Source of the DNA: Thermoplasmatota archaeon
Lineage (GTDB): Archaea; Thermoplasmatota; E2; JACPAO01; JAHFTW01
Assembly (NCBI GenBank): GCA_041601615.1
Contig: JBFIHX010000001.1
Coordinates: 256,001 to 320,000 of the forward strand
DNA length: 64,000 nt
Direction: 5' to 3'
The notes beneath the pieces are model-generated. The model saw only the letters and a program-made list of their open reading frames with translations. It did not search any database and was not told the origin of the DNA. Made by a program: the position numbers and the translations under genes. This document shows, one piece after another, positions 37,450-47,218 of this stretch; position 1 is the stretch's first letter, and the number at the start of each line of letters is the position of its first letter.

Positions 37450-40089
37450 CTACGTCCAGCTTTGCAGCTGGGCTCCGGTTTTGCCTTCCGCCACGTCGCG
37501 CCCTGCGAGCTTCACGGAAACGCGATTTCCAAGGCGCGCCCGGACTTTGCGCATCTCTCCGAGTTCGTCGTCGTAGAATTCGCCAAACTCGGCCAGATCT
37601 TCAGTAGAGAATCGCTGCGGCGCCTCAATGTCGGACACGAACAGCATGGATTCCCATTCATCCACGGAGTAGGGGCCGCCGGGCAAGTCGCGGGCGGGGA
37701 TGCGGGCTTCGATGCCGTCGTCGAGGAGTACCCAGAGGCTCGATGCCATGACTCCAGTGATGCGGGCGGCTGCGGTGCTGAAGGCGGTTTCGCCGTGCAG
37801 GCTGGCAAGCACCAAGCAAGCACTTTTGATGCGTCGTTCGAGGGCGTCGGCTGCGCGTTCTTGGTCGGAGCAGTGGTCGCACATGCGTTGCAGCTCGTCG
37901 GCCGGGTGCAGCGGTTCCTCGCCGGCAATCATCGCTTTGAGATTGCGGTGGACCACGAGGTCTGGGTAGCGTCGAATGGGGCTTGTGAAGTGGCAGTAGT
38001 GGGTGCTTGCGAGGCCAAAGTGCCCTTCGTTGTCGGGGGTGTAGTATGCGCGACCCATGCAGCGAAGCAGGCACAGGGTTCCGACCTCTGCCTTATTGGG
38101 GCTTGCCGCTGCGAACGCTTCGACGGCGTTGCGGAAGGGAGCGAGCCAGGCGTCTTGTTCATCGGGGGTGAGCCCGGCAAATCCCTTGTCGGCTTCGGGC
38201 GCCTCCAATTCGACGGGACCATCGTCGTCCTCGTCGTCAGCCGGGGCGCCGCCGCCCGTGAAGTTCATGCCGCCGCCAAACAGATTCAGGCTGCCGCCGC
38301 CGGCTTTGAGTTGATCAAGGAGGCTCATGCCGCCGCTGGCGCTTGCTTCTTTCTGGGCTTTTTCGGGAAGCGCAAAGTCGATGTCGAATCCGAGGACCTG
38401 GGCCTGGTGGCCGAACCGTTCGGCCTTCTGCGCGTCGGGCAGCGGGTGGCAGCGGTACAACAGGGGCTGGTCGTGGTCGGCTAGGTGCCGGGCGACAGCC
38501 TCGTTGGCTGTTACCATGAAGGTCTCGATCATGCGCGTGGCGTCATCGGCGTGCTTTTCGAGGCTGCTGAAGCCGGATTCTTCCAGCAGCACCTTCAGTT
38601 CCCCCGTCTCCAAAGCGAGGCCTTTGCGGTGGCTGCGCATGCGAGCGGCGAGATCGAAGAGAGCTTGGAATTCCTTGTTTCCTGCGTCGCGTCGGGCCAG
38701 GGCATCGGCGTAGGCGAGGTTTTCGGTGACGCGAATGAGCGCCTTGTGGAACGTGGCGCTGCCGACGCTGCCGTCGGCTTCGATGGTGATGGCGGCCGAG
38801 AGAGCAAACCGGTCGCCGTCGTCGCGCAGGCTGCACAAGTGATCGGCGATGCGGTGTGGAAGCATGGGCAGGACGCGGCCGGGCAGGTAGACGCTGGTGG
38901 CGCGGTCTTTGGCGTGCTTGTCGAGGTAGGAGCCGGGGCGCACGTAGTGGCTCACGTCGGCGATGTGGACCCAGAGTTTGGTGCGTCCATCACCTAGGTC
39001 TTCAGTGCCCACGGCGTCGTCGAAGTCTTTGGCGTCCGGCGGGTCGATGGTATGGCAGCGCAAGTGGCGCAAGTCCTCGCGTCCTGGGTCGCCGGGGGCC
39101 GGTTCGGGCAATTCGTTGGCGTCGGCGTTGGCGCGTTCGTCGGGTTTGTGCTGGAAGAACGGTTCTTGGTTGACGTGGCGGCGCATGAGTCCTTGGACCG
39201 CGTCTTCGCTGTTCCAGAGGCCGGATTCGAGCAGGAAGTGGATGTAGTCGCTGCTGCGGCTGGTGTGGGCGCTGCGGATCCAATCTTGCGCCAGGAATCC
39301 AAGGATGCGGTGTAGGTCCATCCCAAACGCTTGCACGGCGCCGAATCCTCCAATGCCAAACAGTGGCTCCGTGGCTGCAAGTCGGTCAAATTGGCCGTCT
39401 TGTTCGATGCTTTGCACCATGGCGTCCTTGACCCAAGCGAGGGTTGCCTGATCGGCGTCGGTGAGAGCCGCGTCGGCGAGTTCCACGCGAACAAACGCTC
39501 GACCTTCTTCAGTTTCCTCCACCGCAACGAGGCGGGCGCGCAGGTCTTCGAGGGCACGAAACGCAACGCGCATTTGGTCACGTTCGGTGCGAGTCCAGGG
39601 GCGCCATGTGTCGCCGCGTCCGGCTACGGTCTCGAACCGTCCGACGCCCCGCCTGCGGCAGCGGTCGAGCGCGTCGCGGACTTGTTTTCGTTGCAAGCCA
39701 CTGGCGGCGTCGCCGTAGTGCAATGCGGCCAATTCGTCCTCGGTCCAGGCGCGGTCCTGGTCGCAGGCGGCCTCCCAGAGGTCTTCTTCGAGTGCTCCAA
39801 GGTCGTCTTCTGCTTCTTCGGCAAGCCGTCCGTCCGTGTGCAATTCCAAGAGTTGGCGCAGGCGCGATAGGGTTGCTTCTTCGTTGCGAAGGTCGCCGTC
39901 AAACCGTTGCTTGAAGACGCGCTTGGTGACGTGTTCGGCTTTGAGGTCGAGGCGGCCCTTGATGGTGGCGACCGTGACCCACGGAACGCCCTTGCGTCGC
40001 TGGCGCGTCACGAGGATGCCGAGGTTTTGTGGCGCGTCGATGCCATGCAGGCCGCTGCGGAACTCCATCACGTCGCCAGGCTTCGCCAT
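37450..40089 (-). CDS. rnr: RNB-family exoribonuclease (RNase R/II)
   Basis: TIDPPDAKDFDDA, HIADVS, TSVYLP, HFTSPIRRYPDL. Confidence 0.92.
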   Translation of the reverse strand: MAKPGDVMEFRSGLHGIDAPQNLGILVTRQRRKGVPWVTVATIKGRLDLKAEHVTKRVFKQRFDGDLRNEEATLSRLRQLLELHTDGRLAEEAEDDLGALEEDLWEAACDQDRAWTEDELAALHYGDAASGLQRKQVRDALDRCRRRGVGRFETVAGRGDTWRPWTRTERDQMRVAFRALEDLRARLVAVEETEEGRAFVRVELADAALTDADQATLAWVKDAMVQSIEQDGQFDRLAATEPLFGIGGFGAVQAFGMDLHRILGFLAQDWIRSAHTSRSSDYIHFLLESGLWNSEDAVQGLMRRHVNQEPFFQHKPDERANADANELPEPAPGDPGREDLRHLRCHTIDPPDAKDFDDAVGTEDLGDGRTKLWVHIADVSHYVRPGSYLDKHAKDRATSVYLPGRVLPMLPHRIADHLCSLRDDGDRFALSAAITIEADGSVGSATFHKALIRVTENLAYADALARRDAGNKEFQALFDLAARMRSHRKGLALETGELKVLLEESGFSSLEKHADDATRMIETFMVTANEAVARHLADHDQPLLYRCHPLPDAQKAERFGHQAQVLGFDIDFALPEKAQKEASASGGMSLLDQLKAGGGSLNLFGGGMNFTGGGAPADDEDDDGPVELEAPEADKGFAGLTPDEQDAWLAPFRNAVEAFAAASPNKAEVGTLCLLRCMGRAYYTPDNEGHFGLASTHYCHFTSPIRRYPDLVVHRNLKAMIAGEEPLHPADELQRMCDHCSDQERAADALERRIKSACLVLASLHGETAFSTAAARITGVMASSLWVLLDDGIEARIPARDLPGGPYSVDEWESMLFVSDIEAPQRFSTEDLAEFGEFYDDELGEMRKVRARLGNRVSVKLAGRDVAEGKTGAQLQSWT

Positions 40090-40160
40090 GATGTGCGCGA
40101 GCTTGCCTTGTCAGAAAAGGGGCACGCAAGGTGTTTCATCTTCGGCGTGCTGGCCCATGC

Positions 40161-41144
40161 ATGCGCTTGTTCGTAGTCGCCTTGCTCTTGCTGATGCCCC
40201 TTGCGGGTTGCTTGGATAGTCCCGCAGATCCGGCCACGGGTGCCGGGCTCAGTGCTATGGAGGCTCGAACGGTTGCCCAGAAGGAGGCAAAACTGTGGGA
40301 TTCCGGCGCCCAATTGGCTGGCGTGATGTACCTCGAGGGTGAAGCTGTGCCCCAAAACGGGACCCCCGCGGCGCCCGAGTTTGCAGACGGCCGTGCCGAC
40401 GCGTACGCATTCTTTTTCACGGCGCCTGAGCAAGAATCGGCTTGGAATGTCACGGTGGGAGGCAACGGCCGCGTCTTGTTTGCCGGCCCTGAGGACACCG
40501 AAGATCTTGTGCCCCTTCGCGACTGGCGCGTGGATTCGCCAGCACTCTTTGCCACGCTTCGCGCCGAAGCGGAAGGGTTTGCAGATCGTGTGGATTCCTC
40601 CGAGGACGGCAACATGTTCGGGTTCTTGGTGACGGACCTAGACGAAGACAATTTCGACTTCAACGGCACGTTGTGGATTGTCCTGGAGGGCTCGGACAAA
40701 TTCTACATGCACATCGTGGACGCCTCCAACGGAACCCTGTTGGGTTCCTTCGATTTTGCGATGATCATCGATGGAATGATTGCCGAATCCGGGTCTTTTT
40801 CGGGAACCTTGACCGCGCTTGCGTCCTCGGCGAGTCATGCGTTCGAGCTTGAGAACGACCACGAAGGCATCGGATTCCGGTTGGCCGCGGAGACATCCGT
40901 TCCCTTGGATTCGGTGCGGGTCAACGTGACCGGCCCCGGCGGCAGCCACGAGGAGTTCGTGTTGGCTTTGCTGCCGGGCGACTCGGCCTATTTCGAAATC
41001 GAGCCCGCCACCGCCGGTAACTGGGAGGCTCGCGTGGACCTACAGGGCTTTGCAACGCGCTACACGCTCGATTACTGCACTTCGGGCATCCCCGCCACGT
41101 TTGCCTCCCCATTCAGCTCCCCGTGCTTCCGGGTGCAGCAGTGA
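40161..41144 (+). CDS. Hypothetical lipoprotein
   Basis: Lipobox LAGC; acidic body. Confidence 0.75.
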   Translation: MRLFVVALLLLMPLAGCLDSPADPATGAGLSAMEARTVAQKEAKLWDSGAQLAGVMYLEGEAVPQNGTPAAPEFADGRADAYAFFFTAPEQESAWNVTVGGNGRVLFAGPEDTEDLVPLRDWRVDSPALFATLRAEAEGFADRVDSSEDGNMFGFLVTDLDEDNFDFNGTLWIVLEGSDKFYMHIVDASNGTLLGSFDFAMIIDGMIAESGSFSGTLTALASSASHAFELENDHEGIGFRLAAETSVPLDSVRVNVTGPGGSHEEFVLALLPGDSAYFEIEPATAGNWEARVDLQGFATRYTLDYCTSGIPATFASPFSSPCFRVQQ

Positions 41145-41866
41145 ACCTTGGACCCTCCACTGCACTCCCGCACGGCATGGTGCGCCGAGACGTGTTGCTG
41201 TGCCTTGGCGAGGAGCCCCGCGAAGTGGAAATTGCGCTCGACAAGGCCGGCGCGCCGCCCCCGACGGCAAGCCACCAGCACCGGACTTTTCATGCGGTGC
41301 TTCGAGACGACGTATTGTGCCTGGATGGAGGCCTCGGAAGCCCGATGGTCGAAAAGGCGCTCTGGGAACTGCTCGGAACGGGCCGCGTGCAGCGACTCCT
41401 TTTGGTGGGCACCGCCGGGAGCCTGGATGGATTCAGTGGAGAATCAGGCCGCCCGTACCTGTGTGATCCGGCCCGAAGTCTGTACCAGAATTTCGACGCC
41501 CCGCCCCATGCCACTTGGAGTCCGACCATGAACGTGGACTTGCCTCGGGCCGCCATCATGAGCAGCGACCGTTTCTATGGGTTCAGCCATGTGGTGCAGG
41601 GCAAGTATCCCGCCGAACCGGGCTTGCAGGAAGCCTGGTCGCGCCACCGCAACGACGACGCACTCGTGGACATGGAGGTCGCGGCGTTCTATCATTACTG
41701 CGAATCATTCGACCGCTCCGGCAAAGTCGAGTACGCGGCCATCAAGGCGAGTGCCAACCGTGTAGCCGACTTGCCGAGTTTGCCGCTGCACTCGGCAAAG
41801 ACCTTGGATCGAGTCGTGGCAGCCGCGTGGCCGCTGCTTGGGACCTTGGGCCGAGCAAACGATTAG
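41141..41866 (+). CDS. Nucleoside phosphorylase-fold protein (PNP/UDP family)
   Basis: VGTAGSL, SSDRFY, VDMEVAAFY. Confidence 0.7.
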   Translation: MNLGPSTALPHGMVRRDVLLCLGEEPREVEIALDKAGAPPPTASHQHRTFHAVLRDDVLCLDGGLGSPMVEKALWELLGTGRVQRLLLVGTAGSLDGFSGESGRPYLCDPARSLYQNFDAPPHATWSPTMNVDLPRAAIMSSDRFYGFSHVVQGKYPAEPGLQEAWSRHRNDDALVDMEVAAFYHYCESFDRSGKVEYAAIKASANRVADLPSLPLHSAKTLDRVVAAAWPLLGTLGRAND

Positions 41867-42552
41867 AGCCCGGCGCAGAGGTCGCGCAGGGCCGCAAGCG
41901 GGTCGGTGTGTTTGACGACGCCACTGGCAAGCAGCACACCGTAGGCTCCTAGCTCGATGGCGGTGGAGACGTCGCGACCGGTTTTGACGCCAGCGCCGCA
42001 CAGCGTCAAGGTGGCAGGGGATAATTCCTGCACACGGGCGACGGTGTTGGACACGATGCCGGGGTCGGAAGAGGTGACGCTGATGTCGCCGCCAATCAGT
42101 TCCGGGGGCTCCACTGCGAGGTAGGTCGGCGCCATGGGGGCCAGGGCGTCGGTTTCGGATGGGCCGTCGGCGCACACGAGGCTTTCGAGGCCGAGGCTGT
42201 GCAGTCGCTCGATGGTGGTTGCGACTTGGGTGTGTGGAATTTTGTGTTCGGCGTGGTTCAGGAGGCTGCCGAGGGCGCTGGTGGCGTGGACCGCTTCGGG
42301 GGTGATCCAACCGGTGCCGCTGCCTGGGACGAGCGCGTCCGTGTGCTGGGCGAAGACGGGCACGCGGGTCAGATCTTCGTTGCGGCAGGCGCGGGTCAAA
42401 GCCGCCAGTTCGATTTGGGGAGGTGCCAGTCCGATGACGGCGCCCGATTCTTCGGCGGCGGTCTGGCAGGCGCGGGCCAAATCCAAGACGCGGTCCGTTC
42501 CCTGCACTTGCGAGTAGACCTTGGCGTTCACGACGATGCGGGGCCGTTCCAT
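41863..42552 (-). CDS. tpiA: Triosephosphate isomerase, archaeal type
   Basis: VNAKVY, AQH, LNHAE, AVEPPELIG, CGAGV, GVLLASGVVK; about 229 aa. Confidence 0.95.
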   Translation of the reverse strand: MERPRIVVNAKVYSQVQGTDRVLDLARACQTAAEESGAVIGLAPPQIELAALTRACRNEDLTRVPVFAQHTDALVPGSGTGWITPEAVHATSALGSLLNHAEHKIPHTQVATTIERLHSLGLESLVCADGPSETDALAPMAPTYLAVEPPELIGGDISVTSSDPGIVSNTVARVQELSPATLTLCGAGVKTGRDVSTAIELGAYGVLLASGVVKHTDPLAALRDLCAGL

Positions 42553-42621
42553 GTTGGGGCCAGTCCAAGGGCCGTTGATAAGCGGCGTGCGTTCATGTAG
42601 GGCCCCTGCGTCGCCGGACCC

Positions 42622-43440
42622 GTGGTCTCTCCGGTCCTGTTGGCGGCACCGTTCTCGATCCTCCCCGCAGTAGGTGCCATTTGGTACATGCTGAAGCGAT
42701 ACGAGGATTACTTCGAGGACGCGCGCGTCTTTTTGAGCCTCGTCTTCGGCTTTTTTACGGGCTTGGTGGCGATTACCATGGAATTGACCGTGTTTCCATT
42801 CCATGACCCCAGATTTGTAGCCAGCATGGGCCCAGGGACGGCGTTCATTTTTTTCGTTGGTGGCTACGCCTTGTTTGAGACGGGCGCCAAAGTCGCGGTG
42901 CTTGGCATGAAGCGGTTTCGCGGCAAGAAGGACGCACCGTTCTATGGAGCCCCCATGGGGCTTGGCATGGGCGCCATGATGGCCCTCGGATTCATCGCGG
43001 TGAACCTCAACCGAGCAGAAGCAGCGGGTATTCCCCATACCATATCCAGTTTCCTCGGCATGGCTTCCGTACCCCTTGGGGCCGTGTTCGTGCATGGTGC
43101 CGCGGGTGTCTACGTGGGTCGCGGCAGCGGTGATGGCAAACTTTGGAGCGGGTGGATTACCGGGACGCTGCTGCAAATGCCGGTGCTTGGAACGTACTGG
43201 TTGGTCTGGGACCTTGTGGGTCGCGGCGACGCGGGTGTGCAGTTCTACATTATTCCTGCCGTGATTGCACTGGGCTACGGCTTGTTTTTGTTGCACATCG
43301 CTCGCGTGCGGGTGCTTGACAACATCGTCCCCCAGGAAATCCGAGACCAAGTGCGGCGGGAGCGACGACGGGCGCTTCGCCAGGGAACAACCGGAGCTGC
43401 TGCCGGAGCCGCTTTGGTTCACGCAGACAGCGAAGAGTAG
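42622..43440 (+). CDS. PrsW-like membrane protein
   Basis: Multi-TM; ETGAK in place of EExxK, YGAPMGLG, conserved His in FVHG. Confidence 0.6.
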   Translation: MVSPVLLAAPFSILPAVGAIWYMLKRYEDYFEDARVFLSLVFGFFTGLVAITMELTVFPFHDPRFVASMGPGTAFIFFVGGYALFETGAKVAVLGMKRFRGKKDAPFYGAPMGLGMGAMMALGFIAVNLNRAEAAGIPHTISSFLGMASVPLGAVFVHGAAGVYVGRGSGDGKLWSGWITGTLLQMPVLGTYWLVWDLVGRGDAGVQFYIIPAVIALGYGLFLLHIARVRVLDNIVPQEIRDQVRRERRRALRQGTTGAAAGAALVHADSEE

Positions 43441-43931
43441 GCACCCACGCGTGGTTCGAAGATGATGTCCGTGGCGAGCATTCGCACAACTTCTTTTTCG
43501 GCGCGTGCGGCGGGAATTCCGGCCTTGACCATGGCCAAAATGAAGTCGTCATGCGGGGTTGGGCCCAGGAGACGAGTGAGCCATGCGGCTACTTCGTCTG
43601 CGCGTGCACTGAGGTTGCGCACGGTGCGGCCTTTGGCGGCGGCAGCGTCGATAGGGCTGTCGTGGCGAGACACGGGGACTTCTCGTGCGTCTCGAAGCCG
43701 TTGGTTGGCGACCTCGACGGTAATTTTTTGGGCCAGTGCTGCGCGGATGCTGGCTGCGGCACTGCGAGCATCGGTGGCGTTGTCCCCTTGCCAGAGGCGG
43801 GTGCGATCGTCCAATGCCACGTTTTTGCGGCAGCCGGGGCATGTGACTCGTTGGTGTCGTTGCTCGACGCTCCAGGCTTCTTTGCATCCGCTGCATGCAA
43901 CGACCGCGTATCGCACCACATCCAGCAACAT
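43419..43931 (-). CDS. Zinc-ribbon plus C-terminal winged-helix protein
   Basis: YAVVACSGC...W...CPGC; C-terminal IIFEPRVGAY. Confidence 0.7.
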   Translation of the reverse strand: MLLDVVRYAVVACSGCKEAWSVEQRHQRVTCPGCRKNVALDDRTRLWQGDNATDARSAAASIRAALAQKITVEVANQRLRDAREVPVSRHDSPIDAAAAKGRTVRNLSARADEVAAWLTRLLGPTPHDDFILAMVKAGIPAARAEKEVVRMLATDIIFEPRVGAYSSLSA

Positions 43932-43969
43932 GCCGGATTCTCTTGAACGTGCTGGAGGGGTCGCTGAAT

Positions 43970-44695
43970 CTACCCCATGCGTCGGTGCGCGGCGGTGCGT
44001 CTGCCCGGTTTGTCGGGCCACCGAACGCTCATGATGGTGCCCTCGCCCATTTGGCTGTCGCACTCCATTTCGCCTCCGTGTGCCGCCATGATGCGTTGGC
44101 ACAAGGCCAGCCCCACGCCACCATCCTTGCTACGAACGCCTTGCGCATCCCACAGGTGTTCCAGTTCGTCGTCGGGGATGCCTTCGCCGTCGTCCTTGAC
44201 GCGAATCCACCAACCGCTGCGGTCTCGGCTGGCGCTGATGGTTACGGTTACGGGCCCATGTGCGTGCTTGACGGCGTTGGCGATCAAGTGCTGCATCACG
44301 CGGCGCGCTCCGCCGGGATCGGCGTGGATGGTGGGTAGGCTTCGAACCTCTAACGTGATGTCTTCTTTGTCAAAGTAGGAAGCAAGGCTGCTTCGCACAT
44401 CGGCGACCACATCCTCTAGAATGACAGGTGCCGGGTCGATGTCGTCGGCGGTGGCACAGGCCAGCGTTTGGGCTAGGAGTTCTTGCGATTGGCGCACGGA
44501 TTGCAGCGCGGCGAGGACGTTTTTCTGCGCCACAAGGGGAAGGAGATCCAGGAAGCGGTCCTCGATGCCTTTCAGGTAGGTGTGGGCACTTTGTAGAGGA
44601 TCTTGCAGGTCGTGCACGGCGGCAGCCAGCCACACTTCGGCGCCAGGGACGGCCAGCACATCGGCCTCCGGGGACAGCGGTCGCGTTCGGGCCAC
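43970..44695 (-). CDS. Sensor-less histidine kinase
   Basis: HDLQDPL H-box, LIANAVKH, DDGEGI, GVGLALC. Confidence 0.88.
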   Translation of the reverse strand: MARTRPLSPEADVLAVPGAEVWLAAAVHDLQDPLQSAHTYLKGIEDRFLDLLPLVAQKNVLAALQSVRQSQELLAQTLACATADDIDPAPVILEDVVADVRSSLASYFDKEDITLEVRSLPTIHADPGGARRVMQHLIANAVKHAHGPVTVTISASRDRSGWWIRVKDDGEGIPDDELEHLWDAQGVRSKDGGVGLALCQRIMAAHGGEMECDSQMGEGTIMSVRWPDKPGRRTAAHRRMG

Positions 44696-44773
44696 CCTCT
44701 ACATTGGAGGCCGAGTGCTTATCATCGTGGTGGAAAGGGAGAAGGAGCGCCGTGGCCGGCGCGTACAGGAGCT

Positions 44774-44977
44774 TCAGTGGCCCGCGTAGCAGGTACGTCC
44801 GGTCCAGTCTTCGTGCCAGACGCGGCAGCCGTCCCCGTCGCGCCCGACACAAACTTCGGAGTAGTAATCGAGGTTGCCGCCATTCGTGGGGACACAGAGA
44901 GGATCGGGATTATCGGCACTGGCCGAGGGAACCGTCGCGATCAATGCCAACAGGGTGAGCAGGAACAGAATCCGCAT
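44774..44977 (-). CDS. Small secreted 4-Cys protein (67 aa)
   Basis: MRILFLLTLLALIATVPSASA signal; 46-aa mature peptide with 4 Cys. Confidence 0.6.
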   Translation of the reverse strand: MRILFLLTLLALIATVPSASADNPDPLCVPTNGGNLDYYSEVCVGRDGDGCRVWHEDWTGRTCYAGH

Positions 44978-45004
44978 AGACACCCACCGCCCGGTGCCCA
45001 CTTC

Positions 45005-45439
45005 ATGCTTGCGTGGCGGTTCCGCACCATCCAAGAACCCCGCCACCTCGCGGCAGCCGTGCCCATCCCTGCACCGGAGCACCCGCACGAGCCGATTCTG
45101 CTGGATGCAAGCAACATCGTCCACCGAGCAGGCGGCGGCGAACCGGGTTTTCGCGTCTTGTGCAGCTTGGAACAAGCGCTTGGCGCCGCGGGTTGGGAAG
45201 TGTACGTTGTGGCGGATGCGAGCCTGCGCCACAAGATCGGTGATGCCGCCGGGGCCCTCGAAGACCGCCTCGAAGCGGGCGGCTGGATGCAGGTGCCGAA
45301 GGGACACAGCGCAGACCGCGTGCTGCTGGCAGAGGCGGCGCGATTGGCTGCTTGGGTCGTGAGTGATGACCAGTTTCGCGACCACCAGGCGCCTCCGGCG
45401 CGGCGGCTCTCGCCTGGACTGCTGATGGGTGCCCTTTAG
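45005..45439 (+). CDS. NYN/PIN-like ribonuclease (Zc3h12a-type)
   Basis: ILLDASN, VVADASLRH, ADRVLL, VVSDDQFRD. Confidence 0.75.
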   Translation: MLAWRFRTIQEPRHLAAAVPIPAPEHPHEPILLDASNIVHRAGGGEPGFRVLCSLEQALGAAGWEVYVVADASLRHKIGDAAGALEDRLEAGGWMQVPKGHSADRVLLAEAARLAAWVVSDDQFRDHQAPPARRLSPGLLMGAL

Positions 45440-45462
45440 AGACGCGGGGTTCTCGCCGCCGC

Positions 45463-46842
45463 ATGACCTGGAACACCGTGCAAGCAATCCTCGACGGCAA
45501 ACACACCGGACAGTCCGTGCGTTTGCGCGGCTGGGTGCATCGCCAACGAAGCGGCGGCAAGATTGCATTCGTGACCCTGCGAGACGGCTCCGGCTCGGTC
45601 CAGTGCACCGTCAAGGGCGGCATCGCCGACGACGAAAGCCTGGAAGCGGCCAAGGGCGCCATCATCGAGACCAGTGTGTCGCTGCTCGAAGGCGACGTGG
45701 TGGCAGACGAGCGCGCTCCGGGCGGCTTCGAGGTCAAAGTCACCAAGTTCGTGGTGCACCAGCGGGCCGAGGATTTCCCCCTGCGCGGCGACCAGGGCAC
45801 CGAATTCGAGTTGGACAACCGCCACTTGTGGCTGCGCTCGACGCAACTGTCGGCCATCCTGCGCATCAAGAGCCGGCTGCTGCATGCGATTCGCGAGTTC
45901 TTTGCTGCCGAGACCTTCACGGAGGTGGATCCCAGCGTCATCACCACCAACGCCTGCGAAGGCGGCAGCACGCTGTTTACGTTCGATTACTTTGGCCAGG
46001 AAGCTTACCTGTCCCAGTCTGCGCAAATGTACCTGGAAGGCTGCATCTTCGGCTTGCCCAAGGTGTACAGCATCACCAACTCGTTCCGGGCCGAAAAGAG
46101 CCGCACCAACAAGCACCTCACCGAATTCCACCACCTCGAAGCCGAGTACGCTTGGTGGAACAACGAGGAATCCATGGCGTTCCAGGAGCGCATGGTGACC
46201 TACCTGGCCCACGACGTGGCCCGCAACTGCGAGGCCGACCTGCGCTTGCTGGATCAGGACCCCGCCCGCCTCCTTCGCATCGGCAGCTACATCGAGGGCG
46301 AATCCGAGCGCGACGAGGAAGGACACCGCTTTGGGCGCATGACCTACCACGCCGCCGCCGCTCGCCTGCGCGAACTCGGCTTCGAGTTTCCCGACGGCGA
46401 GGACTTTGGTGCCCCGCACGAAAAGGAACTCACGGACGGACTCACCAACCCGGTGTTCATCACGGATTGGCCCGCCGAAATCAAGGCGTTCTACATGCTC
46501 CAAGATCCGGAAAACCCCGGCGTCGTCAAGTGCGCGGACCTGATGGGCCCCGACGGCTTTGGCGAATTGATTGGTGGCAGTCAGCGCAGCGAAGACATTG
46601 AGTGGATGAAGCGTCGTTTGCAGGAACAGCACGACCACGACGTGGCGACGGGCGAACTTCCCGAGGACGCCAAGCTGGATCTTGCGCCCTACGAGTGGTA
46701 CTTCGACCTGCGCCGCTACGGCAGTGTCCCTCATTCCGGCTTCGGCCTCGGCATCGAACGCGTGCTGCGCTGGTTCACGGGCCAGGAGCACATCAGGGAT
46801 ATGCTGCCCTACCCCCGGACCCCGAGCCGAGCGTACCCGTAG
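45463..46842 (+). CDS. asnS: Asparagine--tRNA ligase
   Basis: OB-fold LRDGSG, YLSQSAQ, FRAEKS..HLTEF, GGSQR, YGSVPHSGFGLGIER. Confidence 0.93.
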   Translation: MTWNTVQAILDGKHTGQSVRLRGWVHRQRSGGKIAFVTLRDGSGSVQCTVKGGIADDESLEAAKGAIIETSVSLLEGDVVADERAPGGFEVKVTKFVVHQRAEDFPLRGDQGTEFELDNRHLWLRSTQLSAILRIKSRLLHAIREFFAAETFTEVDPSVITTNACEGGSTLFTFDYFGQEAYLSQSAQMYLEGCIFGLPKVYSITNSFRAEKSRTNKHLTEFHHLEAEYAWWNNEESMAFQERMVTYLAHDVARNCEADLRLLDQDPARLLRIGSYIEGESERDEEGHRFGRMTYHAAAARLRELGFEFPDGEDFGAPHEKELTDGLTNPVFITDWPAEIKAFYMLQDPENPGVVKCADLMGPDGFGELIGGSQRSEDIEWMKRRLQEQHDHDVATGELPEDAKLDLAPYEWYFDLRRYGSVPHSGFGLGIERVLRWFTGQEHIRDMLPYPRTPSRAYP

Positions 46843-46954
46843 GCGTACCTTCACCAACCCCTCCCGTTCATTCAATCAATGCGGGTCAATCCCGGCGGCA
46901 AGCTTGCATTGCAGTTTGCACCGCGGCCGGAACGGCCTCGACCCACAAAAGACA

Positions 46955-46983
46955 TAAACGACGTAAACGTATACACTCTATAC
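46955..46983 (+). promoter_or_regulatory. vapBC promoter/operator
   Basis: TAAACG direct repeat and GTATA-CACTC-TATAC inverted repeat abutting the ATG. Confidence 0.45.
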
Positions 46984-47217
46984 ATGACACGGATGGTCCA
47001 GCTTGCCGACGACGCCTACGAATCCCTTTCCCGCGCCAAACGGGCCGGCGAGAGCTTCAGCCAGACCGTGCGCCGCCTCACCCGGCCCCGAGCGAGCCTC
47101 CTGGAGTTGGGCGAGCTTGGCATGACGGACGCCGAGCACGAGACCCGCACCCGCCTGCTTGCCGAACTCGACGCCCTCGACAAGGCAGACGAAACGCGCC
47201 CCCAGAACCGTGCTTGA
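46984..47217 (+). CDS. vapB: VapB-like antitoxin
   Basis: MTRMVQLADDAYESL...K..GESFSQ; directly upstream of a PIN toxin. Confidence 0.85.
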   Translation: MTRMVQLADDAYESLSRAKRAGESFSQTVRRLTRPRASLLELGELGMTDAEHETRTRLLAELDALDKADETRPQNRA

Positions 47218-47218
47218 C

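Noticed and set aside
41863-43422. Apparent 519-aa TPI fusion (likewise extended pfp, XRE regulator and 29970 ORFs)
   Set aside because: N-terminal extensions overlap real opposite-strand or upstream genes; starts were trimmed
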